Origin: Marinilabiliaceae bacterium UBA5488
GTDB lineage: Bacteria; Bacteroidota; Bacteroidia; Bacteroidales; Marinilabiliaceae
Length of the DNA stretch: 64,000 nucleotides
Assembly (NCBI GenBank): GCA_002427105.1
Contig: DIPM01000005.1
Span: 5,572 to 69,571, forward strand
Direction of reading: 5' to 3'
The notes under the pieces were generated by a model, which saw only the letters and a program-made list of their open reading frames with translations, was not told the origin of the DNA and made no database searches. Below, in pieces: positions 27,692-37,012 of this stretch; position 1 is the first letter of the stretch; each line of letters starts with the position of its first letter. The position numbers and the translations under genes were made by a program.

Positions 27692-28828
27692 TCAGCCTCT
27701 CTTTTTGTAGCTGAGAACAGCCCATCCGTTGAGAAATAAAGCAATCAATGCCATTGCCAACAGTTTTCCCGACACGTCAGCAAGGGTACTTCCATTCAGA
27801 TAAATCATTCTTAAAGTTTCCGTCAGGTAACTAAATGGGTTAATTGCTGCAATAAGTTGCGCCCAGGACGGCATGCCTGAAACGGGGGTAAACATGCCTC
27901 CCAGCAGAATAAGAATCAATATAAAGAACATTACAAGAAAGCTGGCCTGCTGCAAGGTCTCCGAGTAATTGGAAATAATAAGTCCAAACCCTGATATAGA
28001 AAGGATAAAGACTACTGCAGAGATAAGAACCGCAAGGATACTACCTGTGGGCCATAGTCCATACAAGAGGTAGGCCGTAAAAACGGAAATAATCATTACC
28101 ACAAGACCGACAATCCAAAAAGGGATGAGTTTTGCAAGGATGAATGCAATTCTGTTTACGGGCGTGACATTAATCTGGTTAATAGTTCCGCTTTCCTTTT
28201 CCATCACTATGTTAAGAGCCGGCAGGATGCCACATATTAGAGTTAACAATAACACCATAAATCCGGGTATCATAAAGTTTTTATAATCGAGTCCCGGATT
28301 GTATTTATATTTAGGTATAATGTCCACCTGCGGGATACTCATTAATGATGCCCTTTGCTGCGGAGGCAAGGTGTTTATTAGTTCAGCCCTCAGTTCAGAT
28401 GAGAAATCGTTTACAATCTGCATAATATAATTACTTCCCAGAAGACCTTGTGTACCGTTCACAGAGTTTACCGCCACTCTCACCTTTGAATTTTTATCCT
28501 TAACTATATCTTTATCAAAAGTGGCCGGAATCTCAACTATCATATCAGTATCACCATTCTCCATATTAAACATAGCGCTTTTATAATCGGGAGGAGTATC
28601 ATGTAAAATAAAGTACTTTGAAGCGGCCATTTTATCAATTAACCTTTTGGAATACACACTTTTGCCATGATCCACGACATCAATTTTGATATTTTTCACC
28701 TCGAAACTCACTGCCCATGGGAATACAAGCAAGACCATTATGGGATACATCACTATCATTCTGGGGATAAGCGGATTTCTGAACATCTGCTTAAACTCTT
28801 TCTCTATCAAAAATTTAATTATTTTCAT
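27692..28828 (-). CDS. ABC-2 type transporter permease
   Basis: The internal ATG at 28828 gives MKIIKFLIEKEFKQMFRNP. One N-terminal TM, a large loop and five C-terminal TMs (YbhR/YbhS-like). Confidence 0.85.
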   Translation of the reverse strand: MKIIKFLIEKEFKQMFRNPLIPRMIVMYPIMVLLVFPWAVSFEVKNIKIDVVDHGKSVYSKRLIDKMAASKYFILHDTPPDYKSAMFNMENGDTDMIVEIPATFDKDIVKDKNSKVRVAVNSVNGTQGLLGSNYIMQIVNDFSSELRAELINTLPPQQRASLMSIPQVDIIPKYKYNPGLDYKNFMIPGFMVLLLTLICGILPALNIVMEKESGTINQINVTPVNRIAFILAKLIPFWIVGLVVMIISVFTAYLLYGLWPTGSILAVLISAVVFILSISGFGLIISNYSETLQQASFLVMFFILILILLGGMFTPVSGMPSWAQLIAAINPFSYLTETLRMIYLNGSTLADVSGKLLAMALIALFLNGWAVLSYKKRG

Positions 28829-28871
28829 TTGTGAGGTTTTATAGCAAAATAAAGGCCCTTCAATAAGTAAA

Positions 28872-29978
28872 TTATTCCAATCTCTTTTTAGTGTTGGCAA
28901 CTGTAAGCAGCAAAAGGAAAAGGGTCATTCCAATCATAATTAACAACTCTTTCCAGATCATGAAAAATCCTTGCCCCTGAATCATCACTTTTCTTACAGC
29001 TTCTATAAACCAGCGTGCAGGCACGATAACCGACAGCGAGCGTAGTACGCCCGGCATATTATCTATTGGGAAAATCATTCCTGAAAGCATAAGGACGGGA
29101 ATCATTGCTGTTATAGCCGAGAAGATAACCGCGTTAACCTGTTTATCTACCAGCGTTGAGACCGTAAGTCCGTAAGTTAAGGTCAGAGAAATGTAAATAA
29201 GTGCAACCAAAAACAGTAATATCAAACTGCCATTGACAGGCACGCCCAGCACAAAATAACTTAGCAGCAGGATAATGATAAAGTCAATAAACGAAATCAC
29301 CATATATGGAATTGTTTTGGCAAAAACCATAGTTCCATGTTTTAGCGGTGATGCAAGCAGCACTTCCATTGTACCCCTTTCTTTTTCCCTTACAATAGAA
29401 ACCGAAGTCATAATAGTACAGATAATCATAAGTACCAGCCCCATTATGCCCGGCACAAACATATAAGATGATTTCATTAAAGGATTATAGATCATCCTGT
29501 TCTCTGTCTGTATCTGAAAAGGAATCTGCACCAGGTCCATATTATCCCGCTGATATCCGGCAATAATCGCCGAGGCATAAGTTGCCGCGATTGAACCACG
29601 GTTAGGATCAGAACTATTTGCGAGCAATTGGACAGCGGCCTGTCCAGAATGTACCAAATTCTCCTGGAAATTTTGCTGATAGACCACAGCCAGATCGAGT
29701 TTTCCTTTTCTCATTGCCTCTTCCATCTCATCCATAGACTGCGCATTTCCCATATTGCTGAAGTAAGGATTTTGCTTTATACGCTCGCTAATACCTTGGG
29801 TAACAGAGTCAGGCGTAGGGTCATAAAAAGCCACCTTTATGTTCTGCACCTCCATATTTATGGCGAAACCAAAGAGAAGTATCTCCACAATAGGAATTCC
29901 GATTATTATCAGCAAGGTTCTGTTATCCCTGATTATATGCAGGAACTCTTTATTTACAAATGCAATAAACTGTTTCAT
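28872..29978 (-). CDS. ABC-2 type transporter permease
   Basis: The internal ATG at 29978 gives MKQFIAFVNKEFLHIIRDN. Same topology as its paralogue. Confidence 0.85.
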   Translation of the reverse strand: MKQFIAFVNKEFLHIIRDNRTLLIIIGIPIVEILLFGFAINMEVQNIKVAFYDPTPDSVTQGISERIKQNPYFSNMGNAQSMDEMEEAMRKGKLDLAVVYQQNFQENLVHSGQAAVQLLANSSDPNRGSIAATYASAIIAGYQRDNMDLVQIPFQIQTENRMIYNPLMKSSYMFVPGIMGLVLMIICTIMTSVSIVREKERGTMEVLLASPLKHGTMVFAKTIPYMVISFIDFIIILLLSYFVLGVPVNGSLILLFLVALIYISLTLTYGLTVSTLVDKQVNAVIFSAITAMIPVLMLSGMIFPIDNMPGVLRSLSVIVPARWFIEAVRKVMIQGQGFFMIWKELLIMIGMTLFLLLLTVANTKKRLE

Positions 29979-29979
29979 T

Positions 29980-30717
29980 TTAAAATCTTTCTGCTTTACG
30001 GGCAAGTTTTCTGAAAACCTCATCCATCGAGTCGGTGTTAAATTGTTGGCGCAGTGCTGCAGGCGAATCCAGTGCCTCAATGTGCCCGTCAACCATTATA
30101 GAGACACGGTTACAATACTCCGCTTCGTCCATATAGTGAGTAGTCACAAAAACCGTGATACCGCGGTCGGCAGCATCATATATCATCTCCCAGAACTGTC
30201 GCCTCATGGCGGGGTCCACTCCACCTGTGGGCTCATCTAAAAAGACAATCTTGGGTTCATGAAAAATAGCTACAGAGAAGGCCAGCTTTTGTTTCCAACC
30301 CAAGGGAAGGTATTTCACAAGCGTATCACGTTCTTGTTCAAAATCAAGTCGCTTCAAGAGCTCATCCGTCTTATCTGCAATTTCTTTTTCAGAGAGTCCG
30401 TAAATACCCCCAAACAGACGTATATTTTCCCAGACTTTCAAATCTTCATAAAGCGAAAATTTCTGGCTCATATAGCCTATATTTCGCTTAATCAACTCAT
30501 TCTCCTTAATGATATCGTACCCGGCAACCCTTCCTTCACCGGCCGTAGGCATACTAATTCCGCAAAGCATCTGCATTGCCGTTGTCTTTCCGGCACCATT
30601 GGCACCCAGAAAGCCAAAGATTTCTCCTTCGTCAACATCAAAAGTGATGTGATCCACAGCAGTGAAATTGCCGAACTTTTTAGTCAGATTCGAAACCTCT
30701 ATTACTTTCTTTCTCAT
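29980..30717 (-). CDS. ABC transporter ATP-binding protein (canonical H-loop)
   Basis: 245 aa. GANGAGKTT, a non-consensus signature region (LPLGWKQKL), FLDEPTGGVD and TTHYMDEAE. Confidence 0.9.
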   Translation of the reverse strand: MRKKVIEVSNLTKKFGNFTAVDHITFDVDEGEIFGFLGANGAGKTTAMQMLCGISMPTAGEGRVAGYDIIKENELIKRNIGYMSQKFSLYEDLKVWENIRLFGGIYGLSEKEIADKTDELLKRLDFEQERDTLVKYLPLGWKQKLAFSVAIFHEPKIVFLDEPTGGVDPAMRRQFWEMIYDAADRGITVFVTTHYMDEAEYCNRVSIMVDGHIEALDSPAALRQQFNTDSMDEVFRKLARKAERF

Positions 30718-30721
30718 ACAG

Positions 30722-31627
30722 TTAATTTGTCAAGGCCATAAAACAATCCTCTACAGTAGGTTCTATCGGGAAAACATTCACATCTTCGAAATTTTTGTTT
30801 ATAAGATACTGCTTCAGCTCTTCTGCCTGCAGACCCTCATCAACAGTGATATGGATTTTGTCTCCAAATGCGAAGCTGCTTTTTATTAGGTGGTGAGCCC
30901 GTAATTCATGCAAAATAACCGACATCCTGCTGCCTTGCACTGCCCATAAAACTCCGGAATAATTATCTATAATACCTTGCGGAGTATCGGTGGCAATAAA
31001 CTCCCCTTCCTTTATCAGTGCGATACGGTCGCATCTTCCGGCTTCGTCCATATAAGCCGTGGAGACCAGAATAATCAGTCCCTGCTCCTTTAGCCGTGCA
31101 AGCATATCCCAGAATTCCTTCCTGGAAACCGGATCCACACCTGTTGTCGGCTCATCCAGGATCAGAATTTCAGGCTTATGTATCAAGGCACAACTAAGGG
31201 CCAATTTTTGTTTCATACCGCCGGAAAGAGCGCCGGCGCGACGGTTTTTAAAAGGCTCTATTTGCCTGTATATATCTTTTATGAGATGATAGTTTTCTTC
31301 GATAGTGGTGCCAAAAAGTGTGGCAAAAAACTTGAGATTTTCCTCGACACTTAGATCCTGATATAGCGAGAATCTGCCGGGCATATAACCTATAATTTGT
31401 CTGATAGTTTTGTAATCCTTTACCACATCATGTCCGTTCATTATTGCCGAGCCGCTGTCGGGTAAAATAAGCGAAGCCAGAATTCGGAAAAGTGAAGTTT
31501 TACCGGCTCCATCAGGACCAATCACTCCAAATATTTCCCCGTCATTTACTGTGAAAGAGACTCCCTTGAGCGCAATTATATTGTCAGCTCTGCCGTAACT
31601 CTTATATAGATTTTTTACTTCTATCAT
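30722..31627 (-). CDS. ABC transporter ATP-binding protein (H-loop His replaced by Ala)
   Basis: 301 aa. GPDGAGKTS, LSGGMKQK, ILDEPTTGVD, and STAYMDEAG where THYMDEA is expected. Confidence 0.9.
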   Translation of the reverse strand: MIEVKNLYKSYGRADNIIALKGVSFTVNDGEIFGVIGPDGAGKTSLFRILASLILPDSGSAIMNGHDVVKDYKTIRQIIGYMPGRFSLYQDLSVEENLKFFATLFGTTIEENYHLIKDIYRQIEPFKNRRAGALSGGMKQKLALSCALIHKPEILILDEPTTGVDPVSRKEFWDMLARLKEQGLIILVSTAYMDEAGRCDRIALIKEGEFIATDTPQGIIDNYSGVLWAVQGSRMSVILHELRAHHLIKSSFAFGDKIHITVDEGLQAEELKQYLINKNFEDVNVFPIEPTVEDCFMALTN

Positions 31628-31632
31628 TTCTC

Positions 31633-32529
31633 TTAAAATTTGACTTCGCCGTACATACCGATTTTCAGAAAGCCATCATTGCTGACTGCAATTTTGAGAG
31701 CATATACCAGGTTTGCACGCTCGTTTTTAGTCTGTATAGTTTTTGGGGTAAATTCCGATTTATCAGAAATCCAGCTAATAGTACCTTTGTAGGATTTCAT
31801 GCCGCCCGCTCCGTCGTCCACGCTAAGCTTAACCTCATCATTAAGCTTTGTTTGTGCAAGCTGGTCATTGGTAACATAGGCTCTCAAATACATTGTGTTT
31901 GTATCTGCAATCTTAAATAGAGGGCTGCCTATAGTGGCCAGTTCTCCGGCCTCAGCATATTTATTGAGCACGGTGCCTGAAATGGGACTGGTTATTTTGG
32001 TCTTCTCAAGCTGGTCGTCAAGTTGCGCCACCTGAATATCAAGGGCAGTACTTTGTGCAGAAATATGAGCGCTGCTTTTTTGCAAAGTTGATGTTTGAGC
32101 AGAGAGCTGACTTTCGGCTAGCTCCAACTGAGATTCAACATCATCAAGCTGTTTTTGATTGGCTGCATTGGCCGCGACCAACCTTTCCAGCCTTGCTTTT
32201 TCCCTCTTCAAAGTGTTTATCTGATCATGCAGGGCAGCTGTCTGAGCCTTGATATCAGGCTGCTGAGCCCTTAGGCCGCGTGCATTTGACAGCAAACTCA
32301 TCTTTTGGAGATAAAGTTGAGTACTGTCAATAACTCCCGCGATCTGTCCCTTTTGCAATTGATCTCCTTCACTGATATTTAATTCTAAAATACGCCCGTT
32401 TGCTTGTGAGGCAACGATTATTTCTGTTGCCTCAAAGGATCCTGTAGCATCGTAATCTTCTTCCCCATTACTGCATGAAAGTATCAGAAGCGAGATTGTA
32501 AGTGTTGATAGTAATCTAAATAGTTTCAT
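31633..32529 (-). CDS. HlyD-family membrane fusion protein (lipoprotein)
   Basis: 298 aa. The signal peptide ends in LSC. Long coiled-coil segment and a barrel-sandwich C-terminus. Confidence 0.85.
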   Translation of the reverse strand: MKLFRLLSTLTISLLILSCSNGEEDYDATGSFEATEIIVASQANGRILELNISEGDQLQKGQIAGVIDSTQLYLQKMSLLSNARGLRAQQPDIKAQTAALHDQINTLKREKARLERLVAANAANQKQLDDVESQLELAESQLSAQTSTLQKSSAHISAQSTALDIQVAQLDDQLEKTKITSPISGTVLNKYAEAGELATIGSPLFKIADTNTMYLRAYVTNDQLAQTKLNDEVKLSVDDGAGGMKSYKGTISWISDKSEFTPKTIQTKNERANLVYALKIAVSNDGFLKIGMYGEVKF

Positions 32530-32560
32530 TGTTGCAGGTATTATTATTGTAAATTGCTTT

Positions 32561-33823
32561 CTAGTTCTGATTTGTAGTATATTTCAGCGAATAAACAGAC
32601 ATGAGATATTGAATCTCGTGGAGAGTCTTGGCTTGCTTTGCAGCCTCTTCTGCATTTATTTCCTTCATCAAGTCGGAGACCGTCATAGTGCCATTTTCAA
32701 CTTTCACTTCTGCTGCCTCGCGAATCTGAGTATGCAATCTGATAATTTCATCGTCGTCTTGCATCGTTTTTATAAATTTCTCAATTTCTATTTGCTGCTG
32801 AGGAATCACGATGTTCAAATTATGCAGAAAAGTCTCTCTTTGTGAGTTAAGAGCAGATTTTTGCAAGTCGATTTTCTTCCTGTCGTTATTTAATGAGTAC
32901 AGATTTCCGAAGTTCCATGAAACACGCAAACCCCCTAAAACATAGGGTGTCAATTCATTATCAAACATATTCAGTCCCGGTTTACCATAACCACCCTGGG
33001 CAAAAGCAGCTATAGTCGGCAGGTTTTTGGCATTCAGCAGCGACTTTTGCGATTCAATAGTACTCTCTTTCGCTTCAAACACCTTCAATTCAAGCCTGTT
33101 GATTAGCGGCGGGCTTAACAAGTTTTCCGGATCCGGCTTAACAAACACAAAATCACTGCTCACTTGTTCGCCAATCAGCACAGACAACATCTGCATAAAA
33201 GCCTTGAGATTTGATTCAACATTGATGCGCTGCTGACGGGCTTTCAGCTGTTCTACTTTCACTACATTCAGGTCGTTTTCATTAGCCAAACCATTATGAG
33301 AATAAACCTGCACCTTATCGTAATTTCGCTGAAGCTCTTTATCAAGTATATCAAGTTGATTAAGTTGTTCCTTCATCAGCAAAATTCCGAAATAGATGTT
33401 ATTTACACGCTCTCTTATGCTGTAAATTTCACTTTCAAGCTGCTTTGTGTCAGCCTCGGCATTTGCTTTCAAAATCTTTTTTTGTGCCGAAATTCTTCCG
33501 CCGTCCCATATTATCTGCGTGAGCTCGGCCGCAATCCTGTACTGATCCCTATCTATAGTAGGAATATCCACTCCCGGCATATTGAGGTCAATACTTGTTA
33601 CATCTGACTGCCATGTAGCCTGGGCACTCAAAGTGCCCTGCGGCAAGTAGGCCTTGTTAGCGTTTGAAAGGTTAAACATTTTAGTTTTCTCAATAATATC
33701 ATATTGAGAAATAGCAGGATAGTTGGTCTCCGCTAATCTGTAACAATCCTCGATTGTCAGCTGGGCTGAACTCGCAAATAAACTTAAACTCAGGAATATC
33801 AAAGCAAAGAACATCCTTTTCAT
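32561..33823 (-). CDS. TolC-family outer membrane efflux protein
   Basis: 420 aa with a signal peptide and a two-repeat coiled-coil/beta architecture. First structural gene of the efflux operon. Confidence 0.85.
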   Translation of the reverse strand: MKRMFFALIFLSLSLFASSAQLTIEDCYRLAETNYPAISQYDIIEKTKMFNLSNANKAYLPQGTLSAQATWQSDVTSIDLNMPGVDIPTIDRDQYRIAAELTQIIWDGGRISAQKKILKANAEADTKQLESEIYSIRERVNNIYFGILLMKEQLNQLDILDKELQRNYDKVQVYSHNGLANENDLNVVKVEQLKARQQRINVESNLKAFMQMLSVLIGEQVSSDFVFVKPDPENLLSPPLINRLELKVFEAKESTIESQKSLLNAKNLPTIAAFAQGGYGKPGLNMFDNELTPYVLGGLRVSWNFGNLYSLNNDRKKIDLQKSALNSQRETFLHNLNIVIPQQQIEIEKFIKTMQDDDEIIRLHTQIREAAEVKVENGTMTVSDLMKEINAEEAAKQAKTLHEIQYLMSVYSLKYTTNQN

Positions 33824-33885
33824 AATCGTAATATTAGTAATTAACTCTTTTATTTAATAGCGCTATTAATGTCATGGCAAAAAAT

Positions 33886-34512
33886 TTACTTCCTCAATCG
33901 GGATAAAATGGTTTCAATAATTTCCGCTTTTCTTTTCTCCAGGGCTATATCAAGTTCCTTGTCCGACAAATTCAATGCTTTTTGAAAGAAAGGCATTATC
34001 AAAAAGGGTGTAACATTAAGAGATGCAATGCTTAGCAATAAATCTATTTCAGATATTTCGCGCACAAGGCCTTTCTCAATTCCCTCTTTCAAATCGGCCT
34101 TAAGGTGAGTCAACAAAGATTGAGGATACTGTTGCAGCTTGGTAATCAATGATTGCAAGCGCTCATAATTAGTCGATAGCTCATTGAAGATAAAAGGAAT
34201 TATCTTAGGATTCTGCTTCAAATAATCAAAATGCGCACCTACCATTCCGGCAATTTTTGAATCAAGATTGCCCTCGGGAGAGTCAACCGCCAAAATATTA
34301 TTGACTACAAGCCTCACTTTTGACTCAAACACCAAATCAAAGAGATTATCCTTTGTGCGGTAGTAATAATGCACCAAAGCCTGATTGCAGCCTGCCAGTT
34401 TTGCAATCTGCCCGGTTGATGTTTTAGCGTAACCCTGATTCAAGAACAGCTCTTCAGCTGCTTCAAAAATTCGAGTTTCCATATTACTGACTTCCGGCTT
34501 TTCCTCTTCCAT
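33886..34512 (-). CDS. TetR/AcrR-family transcriptional regulator
   Basis: 208 aa. N-terminal HTH: FLNQGYAKTSTGQIAKLAGCNQALVHYYYRTKDNLF. Confidence 0.9.
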   Translation of the reverse strand: MEEEKPEVSNMETRIFEAAEELFLNQGYAKTSTGQIAKLAGCNQALVHYYYRTKDNLFDLVFESKVRLVVNNILAVDSPEGNLDSKIAGMVGAHFDYLKQNPKIIPFIFNELSTNYERLQSLITKLQQYPQSLLTHLKADLKEGIEKGLVREISEIDLLLSIASLNVTPFLIMPFFQKALNLSDKELDIALEKRKAEIIETILSRLRK

Positions 34513-34549
34513 TTCAATTTATATAAGATATTAAAGGCAATTAATTAAT

Positions 34550-34586
34550 AAGTTTAACTGAACAGTTTAATAGCAAAATTAAACTT
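34550..34586. promoter_or_regulatory. Candidate TetR operator: AGTTTAA direct repeat plus inverted repeat AGTTTAA-N8-TTAAACT
   Basis: Read directly, 38-74 nt upstream of the TetR start codon. Confidence 0.45.
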
Positions 34587-34784
34587 ATCAATTAAACAAC
34601 CAAAACTTATGGCGTTAATATTAGTTAATATCTCCAGAAGTTGTGTTCATCTTAGTCAAAACAATAGGACTACCTGCGGAAACAAAGCCTGAATAATATT
34701 TAGTCAAAGCAGCCCTAAAAACATAAAAAAACATAATTAGAAAGAACTAAGCGGCGCGAACCCACGATAATAAAATATAATTTC

Positions 34785-34792
34785 TACCTTTG
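34785..34792 (+). promoter_or_regulatory. -7 promoter box TACCTTTG (TAnnTTTG), implying a ~170-nt leader for the helicase gene
   Basis: Exact consensus match 180 nt upstream of the ATG at 34972. Confidence 0.4.
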
Positions 34793-34971
34793 CACCCTGA
34801 TTTTTCCGTAACAGACCACACTCCCGGTCATGGTATCTTAACAACACGGAAAAGCTAATCAGATGGCGAGACCGGGTTGTCAGACAAGAGCACACAAGTG
34901 CCTGGCTGATTTTTTTTAACGGTAGCCCTGTGACAACGATGGTCACGGTCTATTAATTCTTATATATTTAG

Positions 34972-36678
34972 ATGCAGACATTTGCCGAAACCGGGCTTAA
35001 GCCCGAGATTCTTGAATCCATAGAAAAGATTGGATTCATTAAACCTACGCCTATTCAGGCTGAAACAATTCCATTTCTTTTAAACTCCGATGACGACCTT
35101 GTAGCCATGGCGCAAACAGGGACCGGGAAAACCGCGGCTTTTGGCTTGCCGGTGCTTCACAAAATGGACCTTAAGGCTAATGGAGTCCAAACCATTGTGC
35201 TTTGCCCCACACGCGAGCTTTGCCTCCAAATCACAGCTGATTTGCTTACTTATACAGAAAATCTGCCTTTCTCGGTAGTTCCTGTTTATGGTGGAGCTCC
35301 TATTTACAACCAGATTGCTGCAATACGCAAAAAGTGTGATATAGTAGTGGGAACTCCCGGCCGTGTAAACGATCTTATCCGTCGCGACAAATTAGATCTC
35401 TCCTCTATCCGCTATCTTATTCTTGACGAGGCTGACGAGATGCTTAAAATGGGCTTTAAGGAGGAGATGGATGCCATAATGGGCGAAACACCCGACAGCA
35501 AACAGACTTTACTTTTTTCGGCTACCATGCCGCCCGATATTAGCCGTATGGCCGGTAAGCATATGAATCAGCCAAAGACTATTTCTGTTAGTCGTCAGAA
35601 CATTTCCAACAGCGATATTGATCATGAGTTTGTTGTTACTTCGCCTCACAACAGCTACCAGGCTTTGCGCCGCATCGCCGATATCACACCCGACATTTAT
35701 GGTATAGTGTTCTGTCGCACACGTCAGGAGACTAAAGACATTGCTGATAAATTAATGAGCGACGGTTACAACGCCGACGCCTTGCATGGTGACTTATCGC
35801 AGGCACAGCGGGATTATGTTATGGGTCGTTTCAGAACAAGGGCGCTTCAAATACTGGTGGCAACCGACGTAGCAGCGCGCGGCCTTGATGTTGACAACCT
35901 TACCCACGTGATTCACTATCACCTTCCTGACGACCCCGAGAATTATATTCACCGAAGTGGTCGCACAGGCCGGGCAGGCCGTAAAGGTATGTCGATAGCG
36001 ATATTGGCGCCCTCAGAAACCAGAAGAGTATCGTTTTTGGAAAAACAGACAGGTAAGAAACTCACAAAAAGGGAGATTCCTGCCGGAACAGAGGTATTTC
36101 AACAACGCTTGCAAAACTATCTTACAGACCTGGTTAATACTGATACCTCAAAATTTGATATTAATAAGTATTCTGAATCAATAAGTGCAGCCTTTGAGGA
36201 TTTATCCCGCGAAGAGATTATTGAGAAACTTATTGCAAGTCAGTTCAACACTTTGCATAATCACTATGCCACTGCTCCTGATTTAAACAGCACTCCGGAG
36301 AAGAGGTCTCGCAACGATCGTGAACCATCAGGAAGAAGAGATTCAGCCGGCAAAGGAAGGTTTAGCCGTTATAGCATTAATCTGGGGGCGAAAAACAATA
36401 TTCGTCCTGACATGCTGATTAGTATCATTAACAGACAAACGCCCAATCAAAAAATTTCGATTGGTAAAATTGAAATTCAAAATAAGGTATCTTTCTTTGA
36501 GGCAGACAGTGCACAAGAAAAGCACCTGATACAGGGATTCAAAAAAGCCCGTTATAAGGGAATGATGCTTATGGTACAGCCCGAGAATGGACGAAGCGAA
36601 GGACGCAGTGCATATAGCGGCGGAGATAGCAATGGCGGAGGCCGACGAGGTGGATACTCAAGACATAAAAGAAACTAG
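34972..36678 (+). CDS. deaD: DEAD-box ATP-dependent RNA helicase (DeaD/CsdA type) with a DbpA-like RNA-binding domain and an RGG tail
   Basis: 568 aa. Q-motif, AQTGTGKT, DEAD, SAT, HRSGRTGRAG. The C-terminus ends GGGRRGGYSRHKRN. Confidence 0.93.
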   Translation: MQTFAETGLKPEILESIEKIGFIKPTPIQAETIPFLLNSDDDLVAMAQTGTGKTAAFGLPVLHKMDLKANGVQTIVLCPTRELCLQITADLLTYTENLPFSVVPVYGGAPIYNQIAAIRKKCDIVVGTPGRVNDLIRRDKLDLSSIRYLILDEADEMLKMGFKEEMDAIMGETPDSKQTLLFSATMPPDISRMAGKHMNQPKTISVSRQNISNSDIDHEFVVTSPHNSYQALRRIADITPDIYGIVFCRTRQETKDIADKLMSDGYNADALHGDLSQAQRDYVMGRFRTRALQILVATDVAARGLDVDNLTHVIHYHLPDDPENYIHRSGRTGRAGRKGMSIAILAPSETRRVSFLEKQTGKKLTKREIPAGTEVFQQRLQNYLTDLVNTDTSKFDINKYSESISAAFEDLSREEIIEKLIASQFNTLHNHYATAPDLNSTPEKRSRNDREPSGRRDSAGKGRFSRYSINLGAKNNIRPDMLISIINRQTPNQKISIGKIEIQNKVSFFEADSAQEKHLIQGFKKARYKGMMLMVQPENGRSEGRSAYSGGDSNGGGRRGGYSRHKRN

Positions 36679-36701
36679 AACCCCAAGTGAAACTAAATGA
36701 T

Positions 36702-36742
36702 AAGTCCGGTAGAACGCCCACACGTGCTACCGGACTTTTTTA
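36702..36742 (+). terminator. Intrinsic terminator of the helicase gene
   Basis: 11-bp stem aagtccggtag/ctaccggactt followed by T6. Confidence 0.8.
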
Positions 36743-36819
36743 CACATAAACCTAACCCTAAACTATATGAAACTTTAAAATTGTACATCAAACCGCGTGC
36801 CATATATCAGCACTACAGC

Positions 36820-36873
36820 AAAAAAAAGAGACTTAAAAACAAGTAGCATTGAACTCCGGCTTTAAGTCTCTTT
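36820..36873 (-). terminator. Intrinsic terminator of the outer-membrane protein gene
   Basis: 12-13-bp perfect stem aagagacttaaa/tttaagtctctt with a 23-nt loop. The A-run on the plus strand reads as a U-tract on the minus strand. Confidence 0.6.
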
Positions 36874-37012
36874 CTTCCTAAACCTAATTAACCTAACCTA
36901 AACCCATGAAAAAACTCAGGTCTTTTCTTAGGTAAATATAAGGCCATAAAAAGGAGAGCGCCAGTGTTTTTAGAAATAAAAACTCCAAGCAGCAAAAAAA
37001 ACGCTTCAGCAG

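Noticed and set aside
34799-34917. The helicase leader as a possible SRP (4.5S) RNA, because of a hairpin with symmetric internal loops.
   Set aside because: The conserved GGAA tetraloop/AGCAGC domain IV core is absent, and the outer parts of the region do not pair into the required long hairpin.
34737-34946. 69-aa minus-strand ORF in the region upstream of the DEAD-box helicase gene.
   Set aside because: It has no promoter box or plausible context, its Cys/Arg-rich translation has no motif, and the region is better explained as the helicase leader on the plus strand.
36749-36904. CCTAA-rich repeats as a possible CRISPR array or telomere-like array.
   Set aside because: There are only two short copies 140 bp apart, with no regular repeat-spacer periodicity and no cas genes.
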